Origin: Patescibacteria group bacterium
GTDB lineage: Bacteria; Patescibacteriota; Minisyncoccia; Phycocordibacterales; JACOZG01
Length of the DNA: 64,000 nucleotides
NCBI GenBank assembly: GCA_038065495.1
Contig: JBBTQW010000002.1
Span: 197,373-261,372 of the forward strand
Direction of reading: 5' to 3'
Shown: positions 10,076-20,489 of the stretch, piece after piece
Layout: each line of letters opens with the position of its first letter
Numbering within the stretch: position 1 is the first letter of the stretch
Notes under the pieces: generated by a model
What the model saw: the letters and a program-made list of their open reading frames with translations, nothing else
Database searches by the model: none
Told to the model about the DNA's origin: nothing
Made by a program: the position numbers and the translations under genes

Positions 10076-11650
10076 TTACAATTTGCTAACTTCTTCAAAA
10101 GGCACTTGGCCAGAAAAGGCTTTCAACAGCGCGTCCTCACGCATGGTGAGGAAACCTTTCTGCCTAGCTAGGCTCGAGATCGCCTCTTCCGTTGGTGTTG
10201 CCAGCATTAGTTGCTCAAACTCGTGATCCATCTCGAGGACTTCGAAGACGGCCACCCGGCCACGCGTGCCCGAGGGGCAAGTGGGCGAGGAATGGGCTCG
10301 GAAAATTTTCTCCGGCACCACAATCTTCTGCCGCGTTACTTCTGGGATCTCCGACATATATTTATCCACTAGCGCTCGCATGCCAGCCTCCAGCGGTATC
10401 GCCTCTTTTGATTCTTCGCACAACGTCGGCACTAATCTCTGCGCGACAGCGAGAATAAGCGTGGCGGCGATCAAATATGGATCCACGCTCATGTCCATCA
10501 GGCGCGGGATTACGCCGGCGGCATTATTTGTGTGAAGAGTAGACAAAACTAAGTGACCAGTCAGAGCCGCCTGGATGGCTAATTTGGCTGTTTCGGAATC
10601 ACGGATTTCGCCAACCATGATGATGTCCGGATCTTGGCGGAGAATACTGCGCAAACCGTTCGCGAAAGTGTAATTAATTTCTGGTCTAACTTGTGACTGA
10701 CTAACGCCCGGGATACTGTACTCAATTGGATCCTCTAGACTGACCACATTATTTTTCTCCCGATCAATCTCGTGGAGCATGGAGTAGAGTGTGGAAGTTT
10801 TACCAGAGCCAGTTGGCCCGGTGATCAAGATCATGCCGTAAGGTCTTTTTAGAGCCCGACGGAAAGTCTCGAGATTACTGTTAGTTAGTCCCAACTGGCC
10901 AAAGTTTAGTAACTGCCGCTCCGGATCCAGAATACGAATCACCACCTTCTCACCATAGTAAGTGGGCATGGTCGAGACACGGAAGTCGATTTTTCTGCCT
11001 TCTACTCGCGCCGAGAAGCGCCCGTCTTGTGGCTTTCTTCTCTCATCTAATTTCATATTAGTGAGAATCTTGATGCGCGCCACCACCGCATCGTGCACGG
11101 TGCTGGGCAGGAACAAGCTGGCATAGAGCGTGCCATCCACGCGGAAGCGCACTTTGATATTATCCGGTGTAGGCTCGATGTGGATATCAGAAGCGTTACC
11201 GGCCGAGGCATGCTGGAGAATAACGGCCACGATCTTGGTGACTGGCGCATCTTCCACAATCTTTACATCTTTCTTTTTGTCACCCACTTGCGCCGCGACT
11301 GGTGTCTGACCTTTTTCCTCATTCTGGATCTCGTAATCCAAGTCTGACAAAGCTTTCGTCACCTGACTCGTCAAGCCCTCGTAACTCTGGATGGCGTGAG
11401 TAAAGTCGTCTTTGGTAATAGAAAATAATTTAAACGGCAAGCCAATCTTAGAAGCAATAAACTGGATCGCATCGCGTGCCTCCAGATTGTTCGGGTCAAT
11501 CATGCCCACTTCCAGCACACCGTCTACCACACCCAGCGGCACAAATTGATAGTAAGTAGCCGAACTCTTGGGCACAAACTTAAGCACTTCGAGAGGGATC
11601 TTATGCCCTTCCTCGATGGTAAATGCGGGAATGTTGGCGCTGGAGTCCAT
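10076..11650 (-). CDS. pilB: Pilus assembly ATPase PilB/GspE
   Basis: ASDIHIEP, PQDGRF, GPTGSGKT, LRQDPDIIMVGEIRD. Confidence 0.96.
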   Translation of the reverse strand: MDSSANIPAFTIEEGHKIPLEVLKFVPKSSATYYQFVPLGVVDGVLEVGMIDPNNLEARDAIQFIASKIGLPFKLFSITKDDFTHAIQSYEGLTSQVTKALSDLDYEIQNEEKGQTPVAAQVGDKKKDVKIVEDAPVTKIVAVILQHASAGNASDIHIEPTPDNIKVRFRVDGTLYASLFLPSTVHDAVVARIKILTNMKLDERRKPQDGRFSARVEGRKIDFRVSTMPTYYGEKVVIRILDPERQLLNFGQLGLTNSNLETFRRALKRPYGMILITGPTGSGKTSTLYSMLHEIDREKNNVVSLEDPIEYSIPGVSQSQVRPEINYTFANGLRSILRQDPDIIMVGEIRDSETAKLAIQAALTGHLVLSTLHTNNAAGVIPRLMDMSVDPYLIAATLILAVAQRLVPTLCEESKEAIPLEAGMRALVDKYMSEIPEVTRQKIVVPEKIFRAHSSPTCPSGTRGRVAVFEVLEMDHEFEQLMLATPTEEAISSLARQKGFLTMREDALLKAFSGQVPFEEVSKL

Positions 11651-11670
11651 TATTTATTTAATTTTTAATT

Positions 11671-12105
11671 CTAATTACCACGCAGACTGTCTAAGCTTGA
11701 GCCAGTGCTCTTGCTAGAAGTGGCAGAAGAAGTAGAAGTCGCTACTCTATTGTTATTGCTAGAACTGATAGTGCTAAAGTTGACTGGCGCAAAAGGGTTA
11801 GGCCGGCCAGGCGTCTGATCGGGCAACACAATTGTTGACTCTTGCAGGTCTTGGAAGACGGGGTTAGAGAAAACTTCGCCACGCAAGTTGAGCTCTTTGA
11901 GGCCCGTGAGTGTGGCGAGGAACTCGTCTGCTGCGCTCCCTTCGGCCGTATCACTAGCAAAGCCGGCCGCAGTGAGGCCAGCTTCTTCGCCACCAGTCAC
12001 ATCAGTCGCATCGCCACCGCCCATCAAGAACTTGTAGCCAAAGAAGAGCAAGACGAGCACTACCGCGGCGATGAGAAGATTGAAAATTATTTTACTGCCA
12101 GTCAT
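11671..12105 (-). CDS. Membrane-anchored pilus-associated protein (PilP position)
   Basis: N-terminal TM, GRPNPFAP motif, located after pilO. Confidence 0.6.
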   Translation of the reverse strand: MTGSKIIFNLLIAAVVLVLLFFGYKFLMGGGDATDVTGGEEAGLTAAGFASDTAEGSAADEFLATLTGLKELNLRGEVFSNPVFQDLQESTIVLPDQTPGRPNPFAPVNFSTISSSNNNRVATSTSSATSSKSTGSSLDSLRGN

Positions 12106-12142
12106 ATTTATTTTTTTTTATTTTATACTATTTTTTGCTAAA

Positions 12143-12685
12143 TTATTTCAGCCAATAAGTCTGAATCTCCACGTTATAATCATAAAAGTTTTTCTCGTTC
12201 GAGCTAAACGAGGCAGAGGTCACGTCGACCAAGCGCAAACTGCGCGCCAAGCGTTGCAAGAAATCTCCGAAGTTTGTGTAGGCCCCCGAGACGGAGAAGC
12301 CCAGCGTCACGGCGCCCTTCTTCTGTCCACTTTCGGCAATCACCTCTTTGCCCGACTGACCCTCCTCCGTCTTGATCTTCACATTCCGGATACTCATGCC
12401 GCTAGCGCGCGCGATATTATTGATATCAATAATCAACTTCACGTTATCCACATTGTCTGGCAACAGCTTGTTTAATCTATCTAAGTCAGTAGCCAGAAAG
12501 TCATTAGAAGTTTTGATTAAACTATCACGCACCTCTTTTAGTTTTCTGGCGTTCGCTAGACCTTCTTCTAATCGCACTTTCTCAACTCTTAGGGTGTTGA
12601 TATCGGCGAGTAGTGGCTTAGTTAAGAAGAAGAACATGGCTGCAGCAGCGACGATCATGGCAAATGGCAAAATAAATCTAGTCAT
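12143..12685 (-). CDS. pilO: PilO-like alignment protein
   Basis: TM + coiled coil, LLPD, GAYTNFGDFLQRL, RLVDV. Confidence 0.8.
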   Translation of the reverse strand: MTRFILPFAMIVAAAAMFFFLTKPLLADINTLRVEKVRLEEGLANARKLKEVRDSLIKTSNDFLATDLDRLNKLLPDNVDNVKLIIDINNIARASGMSIRNVKIKTEEGQSGKEVIAESGQKKGAVTLGFSVSGAYTNFGDFLQRLARSLRLVDVTSASFSSNEKNFYDYNVEIQTYWLK

Positions 12686-12702
12686 GTTTTTATTTTAAAA
12701 AA

Positions 12703-13356
12703 TTATGGCGTAGTTGGCGAAGCGATGGTATTAGGATTAGCCGATAAAGTGCGCGAGTAAGAAGTGACTTCTGGTTCAACATTTAAGACTAACTTAAAGA
12801 TCACGTTACCAAAGCCGTCGAGATCCAGATCAGAAAAGATAAAGCTCTTGATCCGCCCTTGATCCCGAGCGAAAATTTGCGTCTGCACCGCAATATCCTC
12901 ATAGCTCGAGGCGCGGCCCTCAATTGTGGCGGCATCAGCCACGAGCGAGAAGCGAGTGTAATACACAGACGGCAGAGTCAACTCTTCCAGCATGGTAAAG
13001 ACCGGCAAGAGTGTACGATGCGTATTTGCCAAGTCCTGGCCAATCAATAACTTGTCATTCAATCTCTTCAAGTAAATAGTTGTAGCTTGATCGAGATCTT
13101 GCCGGGCCCGCGTAATGCTAGCCTGCAAGCCACAAGATTGCGCACCAATGCCGGCGAGACTGGAATCTGTGCAGGGCGCGTTAATTGAGCGGTCGAGCAA
13201 GCGCTTGTAAGCATAAGTACCGCCCCACAAGGCAAAAGCAAGAATGAACACCAGAACGCTCACCACAGTGGTGAGACTAACGGTATGTGGAATCACTTCG
13301 GTATTCCGCGAGAGAACCGATTTGGGAATAAAAGATGTTTGGGTGTCTTTATCCAT
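12703..13356 (-). CDS. PilN-like alignment protein
   Basis: TSFIPK N-terminus, one TM, position between pilM and pilO. Confidence 0.65.
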   Translation of the reverse strand: MDKDTQTSFIPKSVLSRNTEVIPHTVSLTTVVSVLVFILAFALWGGTYAYKRLLDRSINAPCTDSSLAGIGAQSCGLQASITRARQDLDQATTIYLKRLNDKLLIGQDLANTHRTLLPVFTMLEELTLPSVYYTRFSLVADAATIEGRASSYEDIAVQTQIFARDQGRIKSFIFSDLDLDGFGNVIFKLVLNVEPEVTSYSRTLSANPNTIASPTTP

Positions 13357-13398
13357 ATTCTATGTTCTATATTATTTGCTCACTATAATTAAATCACA

Positions 13399-14511
13399 TT
13401 AACCCAAGTTCTGTAAGTGCCTAAGTGCTAAACCAATCGCCACGGCAAAGCCCGGACCCGCTTCTGAGAGCACATTATCTAAGAAAGCTGGGGCTTCGAC
13501 TTTATTAAACGGCTTGCCGAGCACTACGGGAATCTCAAAGTTCTTGGCTGCGACTTCAAATAACCCTTTTAAGAGTGAGCCACCACCAATCAAGATAATC
13601 CGGCTCACAGACTTTTTCTGCTTCGCCTGATAATCCAGAATTATCTTGTTCGCCTCGGAGAAAATATATTCCACCAGGCCATTTACCGTTGCCGAGACGC
13701 CCTCGCCGGTCAAGCGCTCCGACAAGCCAACCGTGCGCTTGATTTCTTCAGCCTTCGCAAAATCTACTCCCAGTGTGCGCGCTAGCGCCACGGTAATATC
13801 TTGCGAGCCTTTGTGGATCGTGTGCGACACACGCACAATCCCGTAATCCAAGATCGCCATCTTGGTACTACCCGCGCCAATATCCATAATCGCCGTTGGT
13901 GCCATCTCGCCCGAGAAGACAGATCTGATAGAGCTAAATGTTTCTATTTCAAAGAAGCTCGGCTGCACACCCACGCGCGTGGCCAGGTCTTGATACTGGC
14001 TGATCACGCCTTTATGAATCGCGGCGACTAAAACTTCCAGTTTGTTCGGCGGCGGTTGGTCGGGATTGATTTCTTGATTTGGGATCTGCCACCAATCTAT
14101 CGCCACTTCGCCAATCGGCACCGGGATATACTTGCGCGCTTCTATCGGTACCACTTTGGGCAAAGCGCTCTCACTGACTTTCGGAATGTCTATTATTACG
14201 AGCAAACTAGACGCTAAGGGAATTGCTAGCGAGGCAGCGGTAGTGGTGGTGTTCGCTTCGCGAAAGAGGTCTTTCAATGCTTCGGCTTGCTTGTCGGGCG
14301 GGAGCACGACCGCTTGCCCCACCGCCATATTGCGGTAGGGCCCAGTGGCGATCTCACCATATGTCTCTAGCACGGCGCGACCACGCTCTTTGCGCAGTTG
14401 GACAATCTTGATCGACGAAGCGCCGATATCAATGCCTAGCACCTTGTCGCTTTTCTTTTGCCAAAGAGCAAACTTGGTGAAATCAAGAAACTTCTCCAGC
14501 GGATTAGCCAT
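13399..14511 (-). CDS. pilM: Type IV pilus assembly protein PilM
   Basis: GIDIGASSIKIVQL, DIGAGST, AVAIGLALR actin-like fold. Confidence 0.93.
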   Translation of the reverse strand: MANPLEKFLDFTKFALWQKKSDKVLGIDIGASSIKIVQLRKERGRAVLETYGEIATGPYRNMAVGQAVVLPPDKQAEALKDLFREANTTTTAASLAIPLASSLLVIIDIPKVSESALPKVVPIEARKYIPVPIGEVAIDWWQIPNQEINPDQPPPNKLEVLVAAIHKGVISQYQDLATRVGVQPSFFEIETFSSIRSVFSGEMAPTAIMDIGAGSTKMAILDYGIVRVSHTIHKGSQDITVALARTLGVDFAKAEEIKRTVGLSERLTGEGVSATVNGLVEYIFSEANKIILDYQAKQKKSVSRIILIGGGSLLKGLFEVAAKNFEIPVVLGKPFNKVEAPAFLDNVLSEAGPGFAVAIGLALRHLQNLG

Positions 14512-14545
14512 TATTTTTTCTCCAGAATATTATATCATAAACAGA

Positions 14546-15208
14546 ATGCCAAAAATCAACTGGCGGGAACACTTATCCACAATCTTAGATTTAATTTTCC
14601 CGCCCACTTGCTTGGCGTGTAAAAAATCTGGCAGTTACTTGTGCGCAAACTGCGTAAAATTATTACCGGCGGCTAATAAAACAGCAGAAAATTATTCAGC
14701 AATATTTGCTTATCAACATCCAGTTGTTAAACACGCAATTCACCTACTCAAATATCGCGGTGGGAAAATTCTCGCACGCGATCTCGCAAAATTACTTCAT
14801 CAGCATTTAAATTTAGAGCAAAATAGCGAGAAATTTCTCGTCATTCCCATTCCCTCTTCCAAAAATCGTGAGAAAAAGCGCGGTTACAATCAAGCAAGAG
14901 AATTAGCGCGGGAATTAGTAAAGTTAGCGCCAGAGAAACTAGAGCTGGGTGAAAATATTTTAGTGAAAGTTAAAGATACAGTCAGTCAGGTCAAAACTAA
15001 AAGCAAAACAGAGAGATTAGAAAATCTACGCGACGCTTTTGCGATTTTAGAAAATCAGAATCAAATCATGCGCGAAAAAATTACTAACCAGCAAATTATT
15101 TTACTCGACGATGTCATCACCACCGGCGCCACGATGAACGAGGCCAGAAAAGTTTTGATAGAAGCCGGCACGAGAAATGTTTTAGCATTGGCCCTCGCGC
15201 GGGGTTAA
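14546..15208 (+). CDS. comF: ComF family phosphoribosyltransferase-like competence protein
   Basis: CxxC..CxxC N-terminus, RGYNQA, LLDDVITTGAT. Confidence 0.92.
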   Translation: MPKINWREHLSTILDLIFPPTCLACKKSGSYLCANCVKLLPAANKTAENYSAIFAYQHPVVKHAIHLLKYRGGKILARDLAKLLHQHLNLEQNSEKFLVIPIPSSKNREKKRGYNQARELARELVKLAPEKLELGENILVKVKDTVSQVKTKSKTERLENLRDAFAILENQNQIMREKITNQQIILLDDVITTGATMNEARKVLIEAGTRNVLALALARG

Positions 15209-15238
15209 CGCAAGTAGAGATTTTTTAGACAAAAAAAC

Positions 15239-15580
15239 CTAGAAGTTGCAGCCCGCTTGCTCGCCATAATGGACGAAAGTATCAGGATTGCTCCCGACGC
15301 ACGAAGCATAAACCACCTGTCCCCACAATTGGCAACAATACAACGCGTGAGGGTCGTTGGTGTACAAACGCTCACAAATATTATCTAGTGGCTTTACAAT
15401 TGCGAGACAGTCTCTACGAACCACGGAGACAATCGCCGTGTTATTGTTGCCATCAGCGGCGTCGAAGGTCATTGGTTGCGTTGGCACTCTCGGTTGATAA
15501 TTATTAACCATCACCACCGTGGCCAGCACCAGCGAGCCAACGGCAATCCAGAGCACAGGTAAAGAAAGATCGTTTTTCAT
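15239..15580 (-). CDS. Orphan Cys-rich membrane-anchored/secreted protein
   Basis: N-terminal TM, 6 Cys; TGCTATACT-GGAGG-TT-ATG upstream; shared 3' end motif. Confidence 0.6.
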   Translation of the reverse strand: MKNDLSLPVLWIAVGSLVLATVVMVNNYQPRVPTQPMTFDAADGNNNTAIVSVVRRDCLAIVKPLDNICERLYTNDPHALYCCQLWGQVVYASCVGSNPDTFVHYGEQAGCNF

Positions 15581-15633
15581 AACCTCCAGTATAGCAATCT
15601 CGCCAGAAATGTGATAGTTTATTGGGGATAATT

Positions 15634-15718
15634 GGAGACGTGGCTGAGTGGTCGAAAGCGCCTCACTGCTAACGAGGTAGGGGTCACACCCTCACAGGTT
15701 CGAATCCTGTCGTCTCCG
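15634..15718 (+). tRNA. tRNA-Ser(GCT)
   Basis: GGAGACG/CGTCTCC acceptor stem, CT-GCT-AA anticodon loop, long variable arm, GGTTCGAATCC. Confidence 0.95.
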
Positions 15719-15722
15719 CATC

Positions 15723-17006
15723 GTGCCAATCTTTAAGTATCTCCGTCATCCGCAAGAATTTGCCACCTCGCTCAAGGTGGGACTTTTTCTCGCTCTGCGC
15801 GATATCCGCCGGGCCAGCTTCTGGACCACGGGCTTGATTATCGTGGTGATGACGCTCACTTTTCTCAATCTTGTTGTTGTCTCGGGAATTTTGGTTGGTT
15901 TAATTGAAGGCGCAACAGAGGCAGTGCAAGAAAGATATTTAGGCGATATTTTTATTTCCACCCTTCCTCAACGCCCATACATTGATCAAACGCCGACTTT
16001 GCTCAAGAGTATCGAGAACTTGCCAGGCATTGCGGCCATTTCGACGCGTTATACTACTAGTGGCAAATTAGAAGCCAACTGGAAAGTCTCACGGCCACCA
16101 AGCAATTTGCCGGAAGAAGTTGGCACCACGATCGCCGGCATTGACCCAATTGCGGAAGATCAAGTGGGTGGCTTATCCGAGCGGATTATCGAAGGCGAAT
16201 ATCTCACCGCTGATGATTATAACGAAGTGATGTTGGGAGCGATGTTGCTAGACAGATATCTCGGCTTTGACAGTGTCTCTTTTCCATCACTAAAAAATGT
16301 GCAAATTGGCGACAAGATTCGCGTCACTATCGGCGAGACGGCGCACGAAGTACGCGTCAAAGGCATTTTGCGCAGTAAAGTTGATGAGATAGATAGACGC
16401 GTATTCTTCAACGCCGCACAACTGCGTGGGATTATCGGCCGGTATGATTATAATGCGGATGAAATCGCGGTGAAGTTGCAAGACGGCTTTGATCCACTTG
16501 AAGTAAAACGCGCGATGCTCGCTCGCGGCGTGGATAAATATGCCAAAGTGCAGACCGCCGAAGAGGGCGAGCCAAAGTTTATCAAAGACCTCAAACAAAC
16601 TTTTGCTTTATTGGGTAATGCCATCGGCTCTATCGGACTGGTTGTGGCTTCGATCACCATTTTCATCGTCATTTTCGTCAACGCGATCACCCGCCGGCGG
16701 CAAATTGGGATTATGAAAGGGATTGGCGTTACCGGCACAGCCATTGAGTTCTCGTATATTCTCCAGTCACTTTTTTATGCTGTCTCCGGTATGTTGCTCG
16801 GCTCGGTTGTGGTCTTCTTTGTGCTCAAGCCATATTTTACGTCTTATCCCATCAACTTTCCCTTTTCTGACGGCATTCTCGTCGCAACGGTGAGTGGCAC
16901 CGCGATCCGCGGTGGTGTACTCTTTATCGCCACCATGATCGCCGGTTTCATTCCGGCCAGAATAGTCGTAAAGCAAAATACTCTTGATGCCATTCTTGGC
17001 AGATAA
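15723..17006 (+). CDS. ABC transporter permease (MacB/FtsX family)
   Basis: TM-periplasmic-3TM layout, RRRQIGIMKGIG, FIPAR. Confidence 0.9.
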   Translation: MPIFKYLRHPQEFATSLKVGLFLALRDIRRASFWTTGLIIVVMTLTFLNLVVVSGILVGLIEGATEAVQERYLGDIFISTLPQRPYIDQTPTLLKSIENLPGIAAISTRYTTSGKLEANWKVSRPPSNLPEEVGTTIAGIDPIAEDQVGGLSERIIEGEYLTADDYNEVMLGAMLLDRYLGFDSVSFPSLKNVQIGDKIRVTIGETAHEVRVKGILRSKVDEIDRRVFFNAAQLRGIIGRYDYNADEIAVKLQDGFDPLEVKRAMLARGVDKYAKVQTAEEGEPKFIKDLKQTFALLGNAIGSIGLVVASITIFIVIFVNAITRRRQIGIMKGIGVTGTAIEFSYILQSLFYAVSGMLLGSVVVFFVLKPYFTSYPINFPFSDGILVATVSGTAIRGGVLFIATMIAGFIPARIVVKQNTLDAILGR

Positions 17007-17012
17007 AACATC

Positions 17013-17675
17013 ATGCTAACTGCAAAAAATTTAACCAAAAAGTTTGAGAGTGGCACGAGCGAACTGATCGCGCTTAATAATGTGAGCATTAGCGTCCAAG
17101 AAGGCGAATTTGTGGCGATTACTGGCAAGAGCGGCTCCGGCAAATCCACTCTGCTTTATCAGCTCGGCTTGCTAGATAAACCCACGAGTGGCGAGATTTT
17201 CTTGAACAACAAAAATGTCACCAATATTGATGATGATGCCAGGACCAGAATTAGATTAAGAGAATTGGGTTACGTCTTCCAAGACTATGCCACGCTGCCC
17301 GCTCTGACTGCTCTAGAAAATGTAATGTTGCCACTCCTGATGCTGGGTGAAGATAAAGCCCAAGCTACCAAGCTCGCCACCAAAGCGCTAGAAAGTGTGG
17401 GCCTGGGTCCGCGGCTCCACAATCTACCCAGCCAGCTCTCCGGCGGCGAGCAACAGCGCGTCTCCATCGCACGCGCGATTGGCCACGATCCGGCCATCCT
17501 CTTTGCCGACGAACCAACCGCCAACCTCGATAGCGCCACCTCGCAGATGGTCCTGGACGCCTTCCTCGAGCTCCACCGCGACGGCCAGACGATCATTATG
17601 GTCACCCATGAGCCAGAATATGCCAAACTAGCGAACAGAGTGATCCATCTCACGGACGGACAGATCACGGTTTAA
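17013..17675 (+). CDS. ABC transporter ATP-binding protein (LolD/MacB-like)
   Basis: GKSGSGKST, LSGGEQQRV, ADEPT, VTHE. Confidence 0.95.
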   Translation: MLTAKNLTKKFESGTSELIALNNVSISVQEGEFVAITGKSGSGKSTLLYQLGLLDKPTSGEIFLNNKNVTNIDDDARTRIRLRELGYVFQDYATLPALTALENVMLPLLMLGEDKAQATKLATKALESVGLGPRLHNLPSQLSGGEQQRVSIARAIGHDPAILFADEPTANLDSATSQMVLDAFLELHRDGQTIIMVTHEPEYAKLANRVIHLTDGQITV

Positions 17676-17732
17676 AATAAGCCTAACTAGAGCCATATTT
17701 TGGCTTTTTTCACTAAAACAGTGTAAAAACAC

Positions 17733-17795
17733 TTGACAAATAGATTTGATAGGAGTATAATGGGGGTTGGATGGTGCTATGTGGCACTTTGACAA
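17733..17795 (+). promoter_or_regulatory. Consensus sigma70 promoter plus boxA-like motif (cassette header)
   Basis: TTGACA(17733)-17-TATAAT(17756), GCACTTTGACAA(17784); near-identical copy at 29604-29665 (-). Confidence 0.8.
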
Positions 17796-17824
17796 CAATG
17801 TTTCGTTTTACAGGAGAATCAGCC

Positions 17825-18007
17825 ATGACTTATTTTTTACTCTTCGCCGCGTCAGCTTTTGGATCGGGATTTAATGCCTATTGCTACGCTCTGGACCCAA
17901 GTACCAAAATTGCACCGTTCAACTTGGGCCTTGCCGTAATGTGCTTCCTCGCCGCTGTCCTTTTTGCCATACCCGCAGGCAAACGGCTTACTCAAGAGCA
18001 TTCTTGA
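17825..18007 (+). CDS. Small orphan membrane protein (60 aa), cassette cargo
   Basis: ACAGGAG SD 8 nt before ATG, two hydrophobic segments, terminator at ~18036-18070. Confidence 0.65.
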   Translation: MTYFLLFAASAFGSGFNAYCYALDPSTKIAPFNLGLAVMCFLAAVLFAIPAGKRLTQEHS

Positions 18008-18114
18008 TAGATGCGTTGCTGACTAAAATACCGAGGCCCCGATGCGTTCGCGCATTGGGACTTTTTTCTTCCGCCCAAGGCAAACAAGTTACCTAAAAAT
18101 GCTAAACTAAGCTG

Positions 18115-18726
18115 ATGTTAATTAACTCTAATTTCCAGCCGAAACGGGAGAAAAACGACAGACTGCCACCCGGGCAATATGAGACACGCGACTTCCCTGT
18201 TTTATCACTCGGCCCCACGCCGGATGTTAAAAAAGAAAGCTGGAATTTGCGCGTTTTTGGTTTGGTGGAAAGTGAGAAAACTTGGAACTGGGAAGATTTT
18301 AATAAATTGCCAAAAATTGATTGGCAGAAGGACATTCACTGTGTCACTAAATGGTCGAAATTTGATACAAGATGGTCTGGAGTAATGCTAGACGAGATTA
18401 TGAATCCGCCAGCTGGCGGAGTAAAAGTCAGTGACACGGCCACGCACTTGATTGCTTATTCGCATGATGGCTACACTACTAATCTGCCAATTGAGGATAT
18501 TAGAGACGGTAAAGCAATGATCGCGGTGAGTTATGACGGCGCTGAGATTGAAGCCGAACATGGCGGACCGGTGCGATTACTCGTCCCCCATCTCTACTTC
18601 TGGAAAAGCGCGAAGTGGCTGAAGGCGTTGGAATTTGTGACGGGTGACAAACCGGGATTCTGGGAGACGCGCGGTTATCACAATTACGGCGATCCGTGGC
18701 AAGAAGAGAGATATAGTTTTGATTAG
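18115..18726 (+). CDS. Sulfite-oxidase-like molybdopterin oxidoreductase
   Basis: RLPPGQ, DIHCVTKWS, HGGPVRLLVPHLYFWKSAKW, GFWE.RGYH. Confidence 0.92.
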   Translation: MLINSNFQPKREKNDRLPPGQYETRDFPVLSLGPTPDVKKESWNLRVFGLVESEKTWNWEDFNKLPKIDWQKDIHCVTKWSKFDTRWSGVMLDEIMNPPAGGVKVSDTATHLIAYSHDGYTTNLPIEDIRDGKAMIAVSYDGAEIEAEHGGPVRLLVPHLYFWKSAKWLKALEFVTGDKPGFWETRGYHNYGDPWQEERYSFD

Positions 18727-18732
18727 AAAATC

Positions 18733-19464
18733 ATGAGTGAAAATAAAAACTGGCAAATTGCGACTCTAGTTAAGTCAGAATTAGCTTCGGTAAATGTGAA
18801 AAAGCTGGTTTTCAAGATCAACCCCTCGACTGTGCTCGGGGCAAGTAAGGCCGGTCAACATTATGATATTAAATTAACCGCGCCAAATGGCTACGTGGCA
18901 GAGCGCAGTTACTCTGTCGCTTCCCCGCCAGAGCAAACCGATGAAATAGAATTTGGCGTGCAACTGTTCGAGAATGGTGAGGTTTCGCCTTACTTGTGGC
19001 AGATGAAACCCGCCACGGCGGGCAAGTCCGGCGATCAGGTGGAGATTAGAGGACCAATCGGCGGACACTTTACTTGGTGCCACACCATGCCCGGGCCGCT
19101 CGTGCTGATTGGTGGCGGTTCGGGCGTGGTTCCCTTAATCTCAATGATCAGACATTGGCAGAAAAATCTGGATGATAGAAAAGTGATCTTGCTCGCGAGT
19201 TTTAGAAGTTTAGAGCATGTTTTATACAGAGCAGAATTAGAAAAACTAGAATCAGAGAATCAGAATTTTAAATTTACTAAAGTTCTAACAAATCATGAAG
19301 CAAGAATAGATAGTGAAAAGTTAAAAAATGTTTTAGGCGAAGTGCTAGCAAAAATGCCGATGATTTATATCTGCGGACCCACTAAATTCGTGGAAGCGAT
19401 GAGCAATTATCTCGTCACACTCGGGACTAATCCACACCTGATCAAGACAGAACGATTTGGTTAG
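18733..19464 (+). CDS. FAD/NAD(P)H ferredoxin-reductase-type oxidoreductase
   Basis: RSYSVAS, GEVSPYL, GGSGVVP, YICGP, TERFG. Confidence 0.9.
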   Translation: MSENKNWQIATLVKSELASVNVKKLVFKINPSTVLGASKAGQHYDIKLTAPNGYVAERSYSVASPPEQTDEIEFGVQLFENGEVSPYLWQMKPATAGKSGDQVEIRGPIGGHFTWCHTMPGPLVLIGGGSGVVPLISMIRHWQKNLDDRKVILLASFRSLEHVLYRAELEKLESENQNFKFTKVLTNHEARIDSEKLKNVLGEVLAKMPMIYICGPTKFVEAMSNYLVTLGTNPHLIKTERFG

Positions 19465-19479
19465 TTTATAATATTGAGT

Positions 19480-19863
19480 ATGAAAAATAATCAAGATTTA
19501 GCTTTGTTACTCCTGCGCATTGCGCTGGGAGCGGTGTTTATTACGCACGGTTGGATGAAGTGGCAAAATATGGATGGCACAATCCAGTTCTTTAGCAGTA
19601 TTGGTTTATCGGCCATGTGGGCTTATCTCGTGGCGACGATTGAGCTACTCGGTGGTTTGGCGGTCTTGCTTGGTATCTGGCACCGGCTCGCGGGCTGGTT
19701 GCTGGCCGCGGTCATGGCCGGCGCGATTATTACCGTCAAAGGGAGCAAAGGCTTCTTGGGTGGTTATGAGTTTGATCTCGTGCTCTTACTAGTTGCCGCT
19801 GCTCTGGCCATGATGCCACCAGGCAAATATCTCGTAGTTAAGAAACCTCGTTCCGAACACTAA
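19480..19863 (+). CDS. DoxX family membrane protein
   Basis: LLLRIALGAVFITHGWMK, ELLGG, GYEF; TATAAT 7 nt before ATG. Confidence 0.9.
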   Translation: MKNNQDLALLLLRIALGAVFITHGWMKWQNMDGTIQFFSSIGLSAMWAYLVATIELLGGLAVLLGIWHRLAGWLLAAVMAGAIITVKGSKGFLGGYEFDLVLLLVAAALAMMPPGKYLVVKKPRSEH

Positions 19864-19871
19864 CTAAAAAC

Positions 19872-20489
19872 ATGAAAGCGAGCCGTCTCGATAACCTGGC
19901 TGATGGCATCTTCGCCATCGTCCTGACCTTGCTCGTGCTCGATATCCGCGTACCGCTCGTCGCCGGCTTAACGAGCAATACTGATGTCTGGAACGCCTTG
20001 CTCGAGATCAAGCCCCTCTTCTTGAGTTATTTGCTCTCGTTCTCGCTACTCTTTACTTACTGGCGCGCGCATCACTACTTTACTTCCGTCTTTGCCAAGA
20101 ATATTGATATTAGATTGACGAATATTAATGCACTTTTTCTCGCCCTAGTAGCGCTCGTCCCGTTCTCGTCGCAGTTGCTTGGCGCTTACAGTCACACCCA
20201 GATCGCGATTTCCGTGTACGGTCTACATGTGATCCTGCTCGGCGCCACGCTGTGGTGGATGCGCGATTATGTGATTAAGTCAAAGTATATTGAGAATAGT
20301 GAGATTTCAGAAAGAGATCTGCGCCACAGCACACTGCGTCTCGCCGTGCCAATAATTTGTTCCGTGCTCGCAATTTTCATCAGTTTCATCAATACCACGC
20401 TCTCGCTCGCGCTCTACACTTTTGCTATCCTCTTCAATCTCTTGCCGCAAAGCGCCACCCTCTTTGGCCACTTATGGCACGAGAAGTAA
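19872..20489 (+). CDS. TMEM175 family potassium channel
   Basis: RLDNLADGIFAIVLTLLVLDI, SYLLSF..YW.AHH. Confidence 0.88.
   Translation: MKASRLDNLADGIFAIVLTLLVLDIRVPLVAGLTSNTDVWNALLEIKPLFLSYLLSFSLLFTYWRAHHYFTSVFAKNIDIRLTNINALFLALVALVPFSSQLLGAYSHTQIAISVYGLHVILLGATLWWMRDYVIKSKYIENSEISERDLRHSTLRLAVPIICSVLAIFISFINTTLSLALYTFAILFNLLPQSATLFGHLWHEK

Noticed and set aside
14345-14545. Long N-terminal extension of comF in the ORF track
   Set aside because: Overlaps pilM on the opposite strand; ATG 14546 with an upstream -10 fits ComF length.
20357-20473. N-terminal extension of tag
   Set aside because: Overlaps the TMEM175 gene; family homology starts at MAREVKRCDW.
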